64,000 nt of DNA from an uncultured Planctomycetaceae bacterium (GTDB lineage Bacteria > Planctomycetota > Planctomycetia > Planctomycetales > Planctomycetaceae), in assembly GCA_963972485.1 (NCBI GenBank), contig CAXAWH010000007.1:7978-71977 (forward strand), written 5' to 3'. Both the position numbers and the translations under genes were made by a program. Numbering within the stretch: position 1 is the stretch's first letter; each line of letters opens with the position of its first letter. Positions 38,722 to 49,494 of the stretch are shown piece by piece. The notes under the pieces were generated by a model. The model was not told where the DNA came from, made no database searches, and was given only the letters and a program-made list of their open reading frames with translations.

Positions 38722-39885
38722 TTAACTATTCCCATTTAAAATATTGTCAGAGTTTCTGAGATGAAGTTTGCGTTCAATGTAAGCTTCACAGATTCGATAG
38801 TAGGTGACCATCGAATCGATGTCGATCCATTCGTCAAGGGCATGCAGATTTCCGACGAGCGGGCGAGAGAGGTTGACCGGGATGTCATATTTTCGAAAAA
38901 ATCGACTATCGCTTCCGCCTGATGCGCGAACCAGCTTGAGGGAATCTGTGAATTCTCTGGTGAGTTCGCAGAACAGCGGATCGGGATCCAGATGAGTCGG
39001 CTCGGCAATCATCATCTTTGGTTGAATCTGACACTCTGGTCCAAGAATGCTTGCCAGATCCGACAAGATCGATTGGGACGTATGTGGAGGTGGGAAACGG
39101 ATATCCAGAACAGCCGAGGCTTGATCGGGGATGCGATTGGTGGTTGTGTTTTCTGTTTCGCAAATCGTAATACTGCATGTGGGGAACCAGTGATTCTTCT
39201 GCTCGACGATCGGTTCATCAGGCCAGTATGTCGCAAAATGGGCTTTGAGCTGCATGAGTTTTTGCATCAGCTTTTCTAATGCGTTATCGCCCAGCCAGGG
39301 ACGGGCTCCGTGTGCTTCCTGTCCATGAAATGAGACACGAGCATGCACGACCCCCTTCTCTTCAACCGTGATATCACTCAATGAACCTCCATCGGGAATG
39401 ATGACAACTCCACAGCGTAAGCCGATGTCATCGCACAAATACCGGACGCCATCAGTCCCCCCCTGCTCTTCATCGGAAGTCAGAGCCAGTCCGATTGAAA
39501 TTCCTGGATGTCGAGCGTTCAACGCACAATACAGTTCAACGAGAATCGCGATCTGACCTTTCATATCTCCTGTTCCAGGGCCATAAATGCGACCTTCTCG
39601 AATTACGGAATGATAGCAATTGGGCTGGGGGTGCTCGATGACATCGAGATGTCCACACAACAAGATTACAGGAGCTTCAATTCCAATGGGACGGACGACC
39701 ATCGAGCGATGATCGTTGACAATGTAATTGTCGATTTTCACATCTGGGATACAGTCAATATGATTATGCAAAAACTCAAAGCACCGCTCCCGCTCTGAGG
39801 GGCGGCTTTCGGTACTCGGTATAATGACCAGGTCACGAGTCAGGGCCGTCAATCGAGATTTCAGGTCATCATCATTCAAACGCAT
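38722..39885 (-). CDS. M20 family metallopeptidase (ArgE/DapE/ACY1 type)
   Basis: Metal-ligand motifs [15 protein letters not shown] and TSDEEQGG. Confidence 0.8.
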   Translation of the reverse strand: MRLNDDDLKSRLTALTRDLVIIPSTESRPSERERCFEFLHNHIDCIPDVKIDNYIVNDHRSMVVRPIGIEAPVILLCGHLDVIEHPQPNCYHSVIREGRIYGPGTGDMKGQIAILVELYCALNARHPGISIGLALTSDEEQGGTDGVRYLCDDIGLRCGVVIIPDGGSLSDITVEEKGVVHARVSFHGQEAHGARPWLGDNALEKLMQKLMQLKAHFATYWPDEPIVEQKNHWFPTCSITICETENTTTNRIPDQASAVLDIRFPPPHTSQSILSDLASILGPECQIQPKMMIAEPTHLDPDPLFCELTREFTDSLKLVRASGGSDSRFFRKYDIPVNLSRPLVGNLHALDEWIDIDSMVTYYRICEAYIERKLHLRNSDNILNGNS

Positions 39886-39936
39886 ATTCTATCCTGCATG
39901 GCTGTGCATGCTGCTCAGTTCTTTTGTTTAGAGTAA

Positions 39937-41328
39937 TCAATCCCGGTCGCTATCCCATTGAACGGGCAAGTCTTTCTCGGCTAGTTCGAGATACTTCTGG
40001 CAAGCATCTGGGGTCTCGGCCAGACAAAGGAATTGTCCTTTGTGGACTCGGTTGTCAGAGCCGAAATTCAAGTTCAGTGGGATAATGCCAGCTTTTCGAT
40101 CTGGATAGAAGAGATGCCCCGGCTGATCGAACAAATTGAGAAGTTCCTCGGTAGTAATTGGGGTTCTCAATCGTAAATTCCTTAACAACCAGGCTCCATT
40201 CGGTAGAAAATGTCGAGCGACCAGCGAAGGATAAGTGGCCCCTGTTACGCGGGCATTGATCTCGCAGACAATCACTTCAAGCTCTTTTTGACCAGCGTAT
40301 TCAATGGCCAGCCAATCGATACTGGCTGTCCCGCGATATCCTGTTTGATGCAACCAGCGACCAACCTGCTCCGCCTGACGCATTGTTTCTTCTCGCAAAC
40401 CAGGCCAGTCATTCATGTAAGGAGGTGGTGAAATATTACCCTGATGAATACTCTCATTGCTGAGAATCTGCTCGGTCATGTCATAGGCATAAACGGTCGT
40501 GTCGTTCAGAAATAACTGTGTACTTGGACTTCGAATTTTTACAATCTCTTTGACTCCAGGCTCCAGCCAGCCCTGCACCAGACAAGCCCCTTCAAAGAAG
40601 AAATAGGAAGGAATTTCGGGAAGGGTTTCCAGATTGGATAAGTCCTTTAATCGCATCATCCCGATTCCGGATGCTCCAATTTGAGCTCTGACCACTGCTG
40701 ATCGATAACCACGACGAAATAGTTCCTGAGCACAATTTTGGATATCCAGTGGAGACTCGGCAAGCATCGTTTCAAAAGCAGGCAAACCTGCCTCGATCAA
40801 AAACTGATGCAGTTTGAATTTATTATTGCCATCCCGGCTGGCCTCGGTTGACGCAATCGTTTGACACCCTGAATGAAAGGCAATTCCCGTTATGGTCTCA
40901 TCGGTGACGTAGCCATCAATCCAATTGATATTGTGTTTCTTGATCTGATCGATCCAGGATGCCGGTTTGAGATCCTGAGCGTTTGAAATCTGACGACCAA
41001 TTTCAACATATTCCTGATGTGGTAATACTTCTAAATGAGGGAGCGAGAGGCCCAGATCGTTTTTCAAGTAATTACAGAGAGAGATGTCGGGGTCCCGTTC
41101 CAGGACGAGCAGGTTATGAGAATCGTGAAAGAGCAGATTCATGATGGGAATCAGTCGAGCACTGTAGGAGTCAATCTCGCCGACTTCTATCCGCAACGCT
41201 TCGGTTTGTGCTTCGTTGCCGTAAAACAATGCCAGCAAATTTGCAAAGAAAGCGACTCTACGATTCCAGAGCGGAGGTAATTTTCCATTAGTATCAACAA
41301 ACGGAATTTGATTGACATTCTGATTCAC
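39937..41328 (-). CDS. ATP-grasp-like ligase (pre-ATP-grasp plus ATP-grasp fold), hypothetical
   Basis: 463 aa. ATP-grasp-like blocks NKFKLHQFLIEAGLP, VVRAQIGASGIGM, YRGTASIDWL and VCEINARVTGATYP. No exact family recognised. Confidence 0.5.
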   Translation of the reverse strand: MNQNVNQIPFVDTNGKLPPLWNRRVAFFANLLALFYGNEAQTEALRIEVGEIDSYSARLIPIMNLLFHDSHNLLVLERDPDISLCNYLKNDLGLSLPHLEVLPHQEYVEIGRQISNAQDLKPASWIDQIKKHNINWIDGYVTDETITGIAFHSGCQTIASTEASRDGNNKFKLHQFLIEAGLPAFETMLAESPLDIQNCAQELFRRGYRSAVVRAQIGASGIGMMRLKDLSNLETLPEIPSYFFFEGACLVQGWLEPGVKEIVKIRSPSTQLFLNDTTVYAYDMTEQILSNESIHQGNISPPPYMNDWPGLREETMRQAEQVGRWLHQTGYRGTASIDWLAIEYAGQKELEVIVCEINARVTGATYPSLVARHFLPNGAWLLRNLRLRTPITTEELLNLFDQPGHLFYPDRKAGIIPLNLNFGSDNRVHKGQFLCLAETPDACQKYLELAEKDLPVQWDSDRD

Positions 41329-41441
41329 GATGTTTGCTTCTCCCGAGCGGGAACAGAGGGAAGTCGAATTGCATATCTGGTTATAAAATCTGCTACGTTA
41401 TCTTCGACGATTTCCCTTAGGAATCAAGCGTGGAAATTGCC

Positions 41442-41891
41442 TTACTTTTTGGCTTTGGTCAGCCAGCGGTCCAATTGATTGGCAAATGTCTGACGATCTT
41501 TATCACTGAAGTTAGCTGGACCGCCTGTGATTTCGCCTCCGCCTCGTAAATCATCCATCAGATTTCGCATTGCCAGCCGTTCGCCGATATTGGCAGACGT
41601 ATAAAGTTCGCCGCGGGGATTGAGCGCCTGTGCCCCATTTGCAACGACGTCTGCTGCCAGAGGGATATCAGCAGTGATAACCAGATCACCAGGGGCAACC
41701 AGTTCGACAATTCGCTGATCTGCGACATTCAAGCCCGCAGGGACCAGAATGCTGTCGATCCATTCTGAGCGTGGAAAACTCATATTCTGATTGGCTACGA
41801 GTGTGACTTTTGTCTGCGTCCTTTTGGCCGCGCGAAACAGTAAGTCTTTAATTTCCCGCGGACAAGCATCCGCATCAATCCAGATCTGCAT
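41442..41891 (-). CDS. YaiI/YqxD (UPF0178, DUF188) family protein
   Basis: MQIWIDADACPREIK is the canonical UPF0178 N-terminus. Confidence 0.8.
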   Translation of the reverse strand: MQIWIDADACPREIKDLLFRAAKRTQTKVTLVANQNMSFPRSEWIDSILVPAGLNVADQRIVELVAPGDLVITADIPLAADVVANGAQALNPRGELYTSANIGERLAMRNLMDDLRGGGEITGGPANFSDKDRQTFANQLDRWLTKAKK

Positions 41892-41952
41892 CAACAATTT
41901 CACTTTCAATTGCTGGATTCTGTAGGTGCGTGTTTATTGTGGATCCGATCTA

Positions 41953-43413
41953 TTATTGAGTATCTGCATTTGAACCCTCAAGCACGACAGGTTGAATCCA
42001 GGCGGACTTCAAGTCTCCCAATTCGGATGGGTTGGAATGTTTTGCATCCGAGGTGACCCGGGCACGGACGTAAATTTCGTCTCCTGCGTATTCGTACTCC
42101 GCTGTTATTCCCTGAACCGTTTTCAAAACTTCGCCGATGTCTTTGCTGTAGCGTCTGGTCAACAAGAGAGGCTGGCCCTCTTTATCCAGAACAGGCATGC
42201 TGGTTGAATCATACCCGATGCGAGTGCCAATAAACTCAGTCGTATATAATTCTCCATCGACGGCATCGATCTCGATTGTCAGTTTTTGTTGTGTTGATTC
42301 GATCTTCTGAATTGCAACTCCATTTGATGCGTAAAACCTGCCTGATTCCAGAGACTCAATAAGAGAAGCAGGTGATAATTCATTGGCCAAGACCACGACC
42401 CACCCTCTTCCAGGTTCACTCGCACGGCTGGGGATGTTGTGATAGTTGTGACCATCATCGACTGCGATGCCGTACATGGCTGGTAAATCAAACTCAGCCA
42501 GACGTCTGGTTAGGACGATGTCCCAGATTCTTTCTGTCGATGCGTGCTGGTCATCTCCGCTGTTATGAACGCCGGGATGACCATTGTAGACTTCAAAGAA
42601 TTTGTCGCCCACAACCCGCATCAAATCTTCTGCAGTTACAGCATATCCAAAATTGGGATGATTCAAATGAATGAACATCGGCTGCCCGGTTCGTTCCCGT
42701 TGAGTCACAATCGCATTCACATTGTTTTGAATCGTTTCTGCGACACTCTCTCCACCACGCGGCCTAACCAGTTCTTTGACATTGCTGACGTTCAGGTGAA
42801 TCGGGAATTTTTCAAATCTATCGCTGATTTCTTCCCCCTGAATGAGCAGATATTTTCCGGGATCGTTGAATCGTTTTGCGATTTCTGCATAGGTCTGCAA
42901 CCGGACTTGTTTGCTTCCGTCCTGATCACGGGTCTCTGTTTGTTCTGGAAAATTTTTGATGAGCTTATCAAATGCTTTTTGCCCACCCTTTGTCTTCTCA
43001 ATATCGACCCACTTCATACTGTTGGCCAGAACGTTGTGATCGGTGAATACGAGAAACTGATATCCATGATCTCGATACCACAAGGCGATATTGTCGAGAT
43101 AGTCATCACCGTCACTCCAGTGGGAATGCGTGTGCATATTCCCGCGATACCATTGTTGTTCATTTCCTGACTGAAGTTTGAAGGCATTGGGCGTTTCTGC
43201 CAGAACAGAACCTGAGACGCATAAAATGCAGAGAAATGAGCAGATTATCAACTGGAACGGAAAGAAAAGAATGTGAACATTTTCGGATGCTGAGAAGTAC
43301 TTCAAAGGATATCTCCGATATTCCAACAGGATGTCGCGCGAAAATTCGCTGTGTAGGTTTGTTATTGAATCGCAATATTGTCGATCAGAACAAGCGTAAG
43401 TGCCGTCGATCAA
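41953..43413 (-). CDS. Secreted PHP-domain (CehA/McbA-like) metallohydrolase
   Basis: PHP motifs GNMHTHSHWSDGD and FTDHN. Signal peptide LIICSFLCILCVSGSVLA. The likely real start is TTG at 43305 (MKYFSASEN...). Confidence 0.65.
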   Translation of the reverse strand: MIDGTYACSDRQYCDSITNLHSEFSRDILLEYRRYPLKYFSASENVHILFFPFQLIICSFLCILCVSGSVLAETPNAFKLQSGNEQQWYRGNMHTHSHWSDGDDYLDNIALWYRDHGYQFLVFTDHNVLANSMKWVDIEKTKGGQKAFDKLIKNFPEQTETRDQDGSKQVRLQTYAEIAKRFNDPGKYLLIQGEEISDRFEKFPIHLNVSNVKELVRPRGGESVAETIQNNVNAIVTQRERTGQPMFIHLNHPNFGYAVTAEDLMRVVGDKFFEVYNGHPGVHNSGDDQHASTERIWDIVLTRRLAEFDLPAMYGIAVDDGHNYHNIPSRASEPGRGWVVVLANELSPASLIESLESGRFYASNGVAIQKIESTQQKLTIEIDAVDGELYTTEFIGTRIGYDSTSMPVLDKEGQPLLLTRRYSKDIGEVLKTVQGITAEYEYAGDEIYVRARVTSDAKHSNPSELGDLKSAWIQPVVLEGSNADTQ

Positions 43414-44221
43414 ATAGATCTGATATTATCCTAAAGCCTGTGGGTGAAATTCGAAAGCAAGAGGGAGTCTGCAATTTTGTCAATGTCGTCCTGAGTACGA
43501 TATTTATCGAGTCAGAGCTATTGTCTCAGAAGGGGCGGTTTGTCAGTTGGAGCAATTATGGAATCGAAAGAATTGTCGAATAAAATCTGACCATTGACGT
43601 AATTCAAGATACAGCAGTAAATATGTCCCGGAGGATAAAGTGAGAAAAAAGTGCAGTCTCGTCCGCCTGTCGAATTCTGATTTCCTGTTCCCACTTAATA
43701 CTGAGCAAACACTGTCGGCTTCCTATCTGTGGTGTCTCAGGTTTGGCGAATCCGAGCATTGTAAATTCCCGAGTCCACGATAATTCGAATCGATACCGTT
43801 AACAGGTTGAACTTAAACCGCGTTTCCTTTGAAAACCTGATAATAATCTAACAGCGGTGGAATTTTCCAAGATGTTACAGGAAATCCGGTTGCCAATTGG
43901 AACAGGGTTTCGATTGCATTCACATCTCAGTCAGGTACGACATGACAGACTTGACTTACCGTAATATTCATTTCACATCGGCGGTTATCAGCATGCTGCT
44001 CAGGAATTATTACTGAGGGAAGCATGTTCATGCGAATATGTTATTTATGAATTTATGAGGAAGAATATGTGAAATCGAATAGCAAATATCTTTCTGTCTG
44101 GTAGTATCAAAATACTGCACAAATACATGTCTCTTTCTCCTGAGAGAGGGGAGTAAAGTGAATTCCATCTTAAAAACCCTGTTGATTTATCATTTTGTGG
44201 TTTAACCGAAGGTCGCGGGTC

Positions 44222-45862
44222 ATGGCAAAGCTGGAAACGATTGCCGGTCCAAATGCGGGAGACACTTACCCGATTCGAAACACGGGTGTCACAATTGTTG
44301 GACGTGATGAAACCTGTGATATTGTGCTGGCTTACCGATCGATCTCGCGGCATCATGCCCAATTCATTTGTGAAGGCGATGACTATTTCCTGGAAGACAT
44401 GGGGAGTGTGAACGGCACATTCGTCAATGGGGAAAAAGTGACAGATCGCGTTCGTCTGTATGATGGACATCGCATTAACTTTTACGAAATCCCTCTCATT
44501 TTCCGTGGTGACAATTATGTCGCCGACAGCAATTCTCACGAAACTGCTGAGATTGAAGAAACATCTTACGAACTCGATGTCATGCAGGACCATTCTCAAC
44601 TGAGCATGAATTCAATCACTCAGCAGAAGAGACGGCTCAAGTATCTTCTGGCAATCAATTCCAAGCTTGCAGGCTCGCTGGATATTGATGAGATCCTGCC
44701 CAAAGTTCTGGACATTCTGTTTGAAATATTTCCACAGTCGATCAACGGTCACATCATGCTGCTCGACGAGGATAAAAAATTGATCCCCCGAGCATTCAAG
44801 CAGGGACGGGATGATGACAGCAGTGTTCTAACGATGATTCCCTCGAACAGTAAGTTAGCGCCAGAAGTTATCCGTATGAAGCAGGGAGTTCTTCGCGACT
44901 CGGATGAAGTCAGTGAATCGGTACTCGATGAACCTGTCTGTTCCACAATGTGCGTCCCCTTGCTCTCTCCTAATAAAAAACCGTTAGGAGCAATCGAGTT
45001 AGAAACAGCCGAGGAAATCAACAGATTTCTCGATGAGGATCTGGAAGTATTGAGCAGTGTTGCCGATATGACGGGCTTGGCGATTGCCTATGCGAAAGCC
45101 CACACGGAATCTCTGGCACGTCAAAAACATTTGCAACAGATGGAAATGGCACATGAAGTTCAGATGAAAATGCTGCCACGCAATCGTCCTGATTCGAATG
45201 AGTATGATTTTGCTGATTTCTATTGTGCAGCCGAGCAGGTTGGCGGTGATTTCTTTTATTACCGATGGCTCTCCTCAAAACGACTCGTAATTGCCTTAGG
45301 AGACATCTGTGGTAAAGGGATGCCAGCTGCCTTGAAAATGGCACAAATGACTGTTCGACTGCATCACATTATGGAAACAGCAAAAAGTCTAAAGTCCGCC
45401 ATGCAGCGTCTCAATGCGGCTTCTTTTACAGATATCGAAGAGCTTGATATATCGATGACCACTTTGGTCGTCTGCGTGTTGAATATTCAAGATCATACAT
45501 TATCAATTGCCAATGCCGGGCACATTCCGCCTATTTGTGTCATGTCAGAAAACCAAAAATTAGTCCATTTGACACATGCTGGAGATGGCCTGCCGCTTGG
45601 TGTGGCAATTGATGCAGACTATCACCCGGCTACCTATAAGATCAATCCAGGAGATGTTGTTCTGCTTTGCACCGACGGGGCAACCGAAGCCATGGATACA
45701 CACGGGGATTTATACGGAATTGAAGGTATTTGCCAATCGATTAAAAAGTCCGAGCCATCTGCTCAATCCGTAGTCAACCAAATCGTGAAAGATGTTCGCA
45801 CCTTCAGCATCGGACAGGCAAGACAGGACGACATGTGCATTCTGGCCTTTGGACGTAAGTGA
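44222..45862 (+). CDS. FHA-GAF-PP2C (SpoIIE-type) serine phosphatase
   Basis: FHA motif (GRDETCDIVL...SISRHHA...GSVNGTFVNG), central GAF-like region, and PP2C/SpoIIE motifs GGDFFYY, GDICGKGMPAAL and CTDGATEA. Confidence 0.85.
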   Translation: MAKLETIAGPNAGDTYPIRNTGVTIVGRDETCDIVLAYRSISRHHAQFICEGDDYFLEDMGSVNGTFVNGEKVTDRVRLYDGHRINFYEIPLIFRGDNYVADSNSHETAEIEETSYELDVMQDHSQLSMNSITQQKRRLKYLLAINSKLAGSLDIDEILPKVLDILFEIFPQSINGHIMLLDEDKKLIPRAFKQGRDDDSSVLTMIPSNSKLAPEVIRMKQGVLRDSDEVSESVLDEPVCSTMCVPLLSPNKKPLGAIELETAEEINRFLDEDLEVLSSVADMTGLAIAYAKAHTESLARQKHLQQMEMAHEVQMKMLPRNRPDSNEYDFADFYCAAEQVGGDFFYYRWLSSKRLVIALGDICGKGMPAALKMAQMTVRLHHIMETAKSLKSAMQRLNAASFTDIEELDISMTTLVVCVLNIQDHTLSIANAGHIPPICVMSENQKLVHLTHAGDGLPLGVAIDADYHPATYKINPGDVVLLCTDGATEAMDTHGDLYGIEGICQSIKKSEPSAQSVVNQIVKDVRTFSIGQARQDDMCILAFGRK

Positions 45863-45876
45863 CACTTTCTGAACGA

Positions 45877-46416
45877 TCAATTGCGATAGAAATCAATCCA
45901 TTGCATTTGCATCGTCTCTGAACTCCCCTTTAGCAATTCTTCTGGCAACAGAATCTTGAAGTATCCGTTTTGCAAGGGGACTTGTGTCTTTTTTGCTACG
46001 ATTTGAACTTCAGCAAAAAGTGGGCTCTCGCTTGTAATTTCTTTTTCCTGCTGATCTCCATTCCTGATTGTGCAGATCACTCGCTCACCAGTGCTCGACA
46101 CATTCCATTGAATAAAGGTTTGCCCTAGATGAACGCGAAAAGATTCGAGTCCACTTAAGTGCAGTTGGACTTCCATTGATTTTGGCCAATGATCGACAGT
46201 TCGCTTAAGAACTGCATGATCGATCCCGGATGGACAGTGTATCTTCAGGATTGTTTTCTCTGCAGTTGTTTGAATATGAACTTGAGTTCCTGGTTTGCTT
46301 TTTGATTGCAATTGAATGGAAGGACAGGATTTCATTGTCGTGGCATGAGAGACTTCTCCAGAGAAATCCGAAGTGATTAACGTCAGGGCCAGAATTGCAA
46401 TACCAGTAAAAGTCAT
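45877..46416 (-). CDS. Hypothetical secreted protein
   Basis: Start at MTFTGIAILALTLITS (signal/TM). No recognisable domain. Confidence 0.45.
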   Translation of the reverse strand: MTFTGIAILALTLITSDFSGEVSHATTMKSCPSIQLQSKSKPGTQVHIQTTAEKTILKIHCPSGIDHAVLKRTVDHWPKSMEVQLHLSGLESFRVHLGQTFIQWNVSSTGERVICTIRNGDQQEKEITSESPLFAEVQIVAKKTQVPLQNGYFKILLPEELLKGSSETMQMQWIDFYRN

Positions 46417-47036
46417 TGGCTCATACTCCTGCTGAGTCTTATCGGAAAATTTATCCACTCTTCAACTCCATTGAGCCTCAATACTACCAACGATTGAATG
46501 TTGGGTGGCTAGTGAAAGTTTTGAAAACACCACATCCATTTGGGTTCCGGCGAACTGATCAAGCCAGCTGGGCTGGGATTATCTCAGCAGTTCTTTCCAA
46601 TCGCCAGTATCAGAGCCGTCCGTTCACCCAACAAACGCTCATGCTTGAATTCTTTGATGCGACTGATCAAAACCTTGATGAAAATTTTTAGTCTTTTGAT
46701 TTTCAACTTCTGTAATCAGGGTGAATGCATTAAAAGAGGAGCATCGAATCGGGCAATAGATATGATCGCAGATTACGATAATCCCAGATCGACAATCCCC
46801 ATAGAACCCACCGTTCGCACTTCATTCTTGCCAAAGATTAAGATCCAATGTAACAGAGCCCCGATTCCATCGGAAATGATTGATTTCTCTCTGCTATATT
46901 GCATGAGAGTACTTGCTTAAGTCGTCTGTGCTAAGCATTTTGGAACAGAAATGCAATCTCCCGCATCTTTGCACAGATGATTGTCACGGTCCTGCGTTCG
47001 CTTGGCAGACCGAACTCAACTATTTTTGGAGTATTG

Positions 47037-48764
47037 ATGTTAGAATATTTTTCGAAGCATAGAGCTTCGGTTAAAAACGATGTCTTAGCCGCGATCACTG
47101 TCGCATTAGCCTTGGTACCAGAAGCGGTTGCCTTTGCCTTTGTTGCAGGAGTTCCCCCGACGGTCGGTTTGTATTCTGCCTTCTTCATTGGCTTTGTCAG
47201 TGCAATTGTTGGTGGTCGTCCGGGGATGATTTCTGGTGCGACAGGCGCGATGGCTGTTGTCGTCGTTTCGTTGGTGGCGATGCATGGGATTGAATATCTG
47301 TTCCCAGCAGTCATTTTGTGCGGCCTGCTGCAAATTACAGTGGGACTATTGAGGATGGGAAAACTGATACGCCTCGTCCCACATTCGGTGATGTTAGGAT
47401 TTGTGAATGGACTTGCCATCGTTATTGGGCTGGCTCAATTAGGCAGTTTTAAAATACTTGGTAGTGATGGCACGATGACTTTTTTGCAGGGTGCCCCCCT
47501 ACTCATCATGCTCGGGCTCGTCGGCCTCACCATGGCGATTATTGTTCTTCTGCCGAGATTCACAAAGGCGATTCCCAGTTCGCTGGCAGCAATCTTGCTG
47601 GTCTCATTGATCTCCGTCGGCATCAATCAATACGCCCCTCAAACTCTGGCTCCAACCGGTCAGGCTAATGTTGTCCAAACGGTTGACGATCTCGTCATGA
47701 ATAATCTGAAAGCGAAAGCCGTCCAGGAAGCAGCCCTTGAACAGACTCATACTGAAGGGACGCCACTCGCAGCCGATCATCATGCCACAATCGATACCTC
47801 AGTTCTAAGTTCCTCAGAAATCGAGACAGCTATTGCCACTGTGCAACCGACCAAAGAACCATTACCGATGCTGTTCTTTCTGGATTCCCGTTATGTCATG
47901 GCTCCTTTCACCTGGCAAACTCTGGTGATCATCTTTCCATTTTCATTGATCCTGGCTGGTGTCGGACTGATTGAATCGTTGATGACATTAACTCTGATTG
48001 ATGAAATTACTGAGACACGGGGAAATGGAAATCGGGAATGTATCGGACAGGGCACAGCGAATATCGTCTGTGGTTTGTTTGGTGGAATGGGAGGCTGTGC
48101 CATGATTGGGCAGTCGCTGATTAACGTCAATTCGGGTGGACGCGGACGGCTTTCTGGCATCGTGGCAGCTGTTGGCCTTCTGGTGCTGGTCGTGCTATTA
48201 AAACCAGTGATTTCAATGGTGCCGATGGCTGCTCTAGTTGGTGTGATGTTTATGGTCGTGATCGGCACCTTTGAATGGAGTACTCTACATACTTGGAATA
48301 AAGTTCCTCGCAGCGATGTCCTAGTGATGATTCTTGTCGCTGGCTACACCGTATTATTCCATAATCTGGCGATCGCGGTGCTCCTGGGGATTGTGGTTCA
48401 GGCTTTGACTTTTGCCTGGCATCATGCCACTCACATGATGGCCGATATTCATTTTGAAGATGAGAAAAAAATCTATCAGCTTCATGGCCCTCTGTTTTTT
48501 GCATCGGTCAGCAGCTTTCGCGACCTGTTCGATCCCGTCAACGATCCCCCTGTCGTCGCAGTCGATTTTTACTTCTCACGGGTCTACGATCAGTCGGCTA
48601 TGGAGTCAATCACCAAATTAGCAGAACGATATCGGCAAGAAGGGAAGCAGTTAAAACTGCAAAATCTTAATGGTGATTGTAAACGCCTCCTTGAACGAGC
48701 GGGCGAATTTGCAGAGGTTGATATTTCAGAGAGCCGACATTATCACATCACGAAAATGATTTGA
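47037..48764 (+). CDS. SulP family anion transporter with C-terminal STAS domain
   Basis: N-terminal [25 protein letters not shown] motif, multi-TM core, and a C-terminal STAS domain ([13 protein letters not shown]...). Confidence 0.88.
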   Translation: MLEYFSKHRASVKNDVLAAITVALALVPEAVAFAFVAGVPPTVGLYSAFFIGFVSAIVGGRPGMISGATGAMAVVVVSLVAMHGIEYLFPAVILCGLLQITVGLLRMGKLIRLVPHSVMLGFVNGLAIVIGLAQLGSFKILGSDGTMTFLQGAPLLIMLGLVGLTMAIIVLLPRFTKAIPSSLAAILLVSLISVGINQYAPQTLAPTGQANVVQTVDDLVMNNLKAKAVQEAALEQTHTEGTPLAADHHATIDTSVLSSSEIETAIATVQPTKEPLPMLFFLDSRYVMAPFTWQTLVIIFPFSLILAGVGLIESLMTLTLIDEITETRGNGNRECIGQGTANIVCGLFGGMGGCAMIGQSLINVNSGGRGRLSGIVAAVGLLVLVVLLKPVISMVPMAALVGVMFMVVIGTFEWSTLHTWNKVPRSDVLVMILVAGYTVLFHNLAIAVLLGIVVQALTFAWHHATHMMADIHFEDEKKIYQLHGPLFFASVSSFRDLFDPVNDPPVVAVDFYFSRVYDQSAMESITKLAERYRQEGKQLKLQNLNGDCKRLLERAGEFAEVDISESRHYHITKMI

Positions 48765-48786
48765 GCATCTCGAAATCAGAACCATA

Positions 48787-48823
48787 AATCCCGAAGGTTG
48801 AATGCCAACCCTCGGGATTTTTT
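48787..48823 (+). terminator. Rho-independent terminator
   Basis: Stem AATCCCGA(A)GG / CCTCGGGATT followed by a T-run, directly after the SulP gene. Confidence 0.75.
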
Positions 48824-49000
48824 CATTCTCGGATCTCCTGCATGCCATTGCGATTAACATGGAGTCAGGGAGTGACGTTGGCCAAGTTGCTACAACATGT
48901 TGATGTTGACCAACTGAGGGAAGGTGTAATGAGTGTGAGTGTGTAAGAAATCGCAATCAGTTCCTGTACTTGAAATGATCAAACGACAATAGGAATTCGA

Positions 49001-49393
49001 TTATGTTTCGACGGCATATCCGGCTTCTTTCCAACCGCGGAAGCCTCCATCCATCGAGATGACATTTCGATATCCCATTTTCTGAAGATTTTCCGCCGCT
49101 AATGCAGAGCGGTAACCCCCACCGCAGTAGAGGTAAACTTCAGCCTCAGGATCTGGTACTTTTTCTTCGATGTCTCTTTCAATAATTCCTTTACCAAGAT
49201 GCTGAGATTGAGGGATATGCCCCTTTTCCCATTCGTGATCTTCACGGACATCGAATAACAGGATCTCCTGCCCCTGCTCCAGTTTTGCATGCACATCTGC
49301 CACAGTGCATTCGCGAATCTGCCCGCGAACAGAGTCGCACAATTCTACAAATCGTTCTCCATGCTTCGGTGCCATCATATCCTCCAAAATCAA
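49001..49393 (-). CDS. Rhodanese-like sulfurtransferase domain protein
   Basis: Active-site loop YCGGGYRSALAA. Single rhodanese domain of about 125 aa. Confidence 0.85.
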   Translation of the reverse strand: MILEDMMAPKHGERFVELCDSVRGQIRECTVADVHAKLEQGQEILLFDVREDHEWEKGHIPQSQHLGKGIIERDIEEKVPDPEAEVYLYCGGGYRSALAAENLQKMGYRNVISMDGGFRGWKEAGYAVET

Positions 49394-49494
49394 TCAATAT
49401 TATCGTCAGATTATCCGTGCTCATTTTACGAGTGCGAAATCAATCCGTCGACTCATTGATATATTATTTTGAATACCTGGAAGATGAATCTTTA

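Noticed and set aside
46416-46920. ORFs 46416..46691 and 46540..46920 (+) in the gap upstream of the SulP gene
   Set aside because: They have no RBS, no motifs, mutually overlapping frames and a low-complexity look. The 620-nt region is left unannotated. A short minus-strand ORF of about 40 codons ending near 46585 was also too weak to call.
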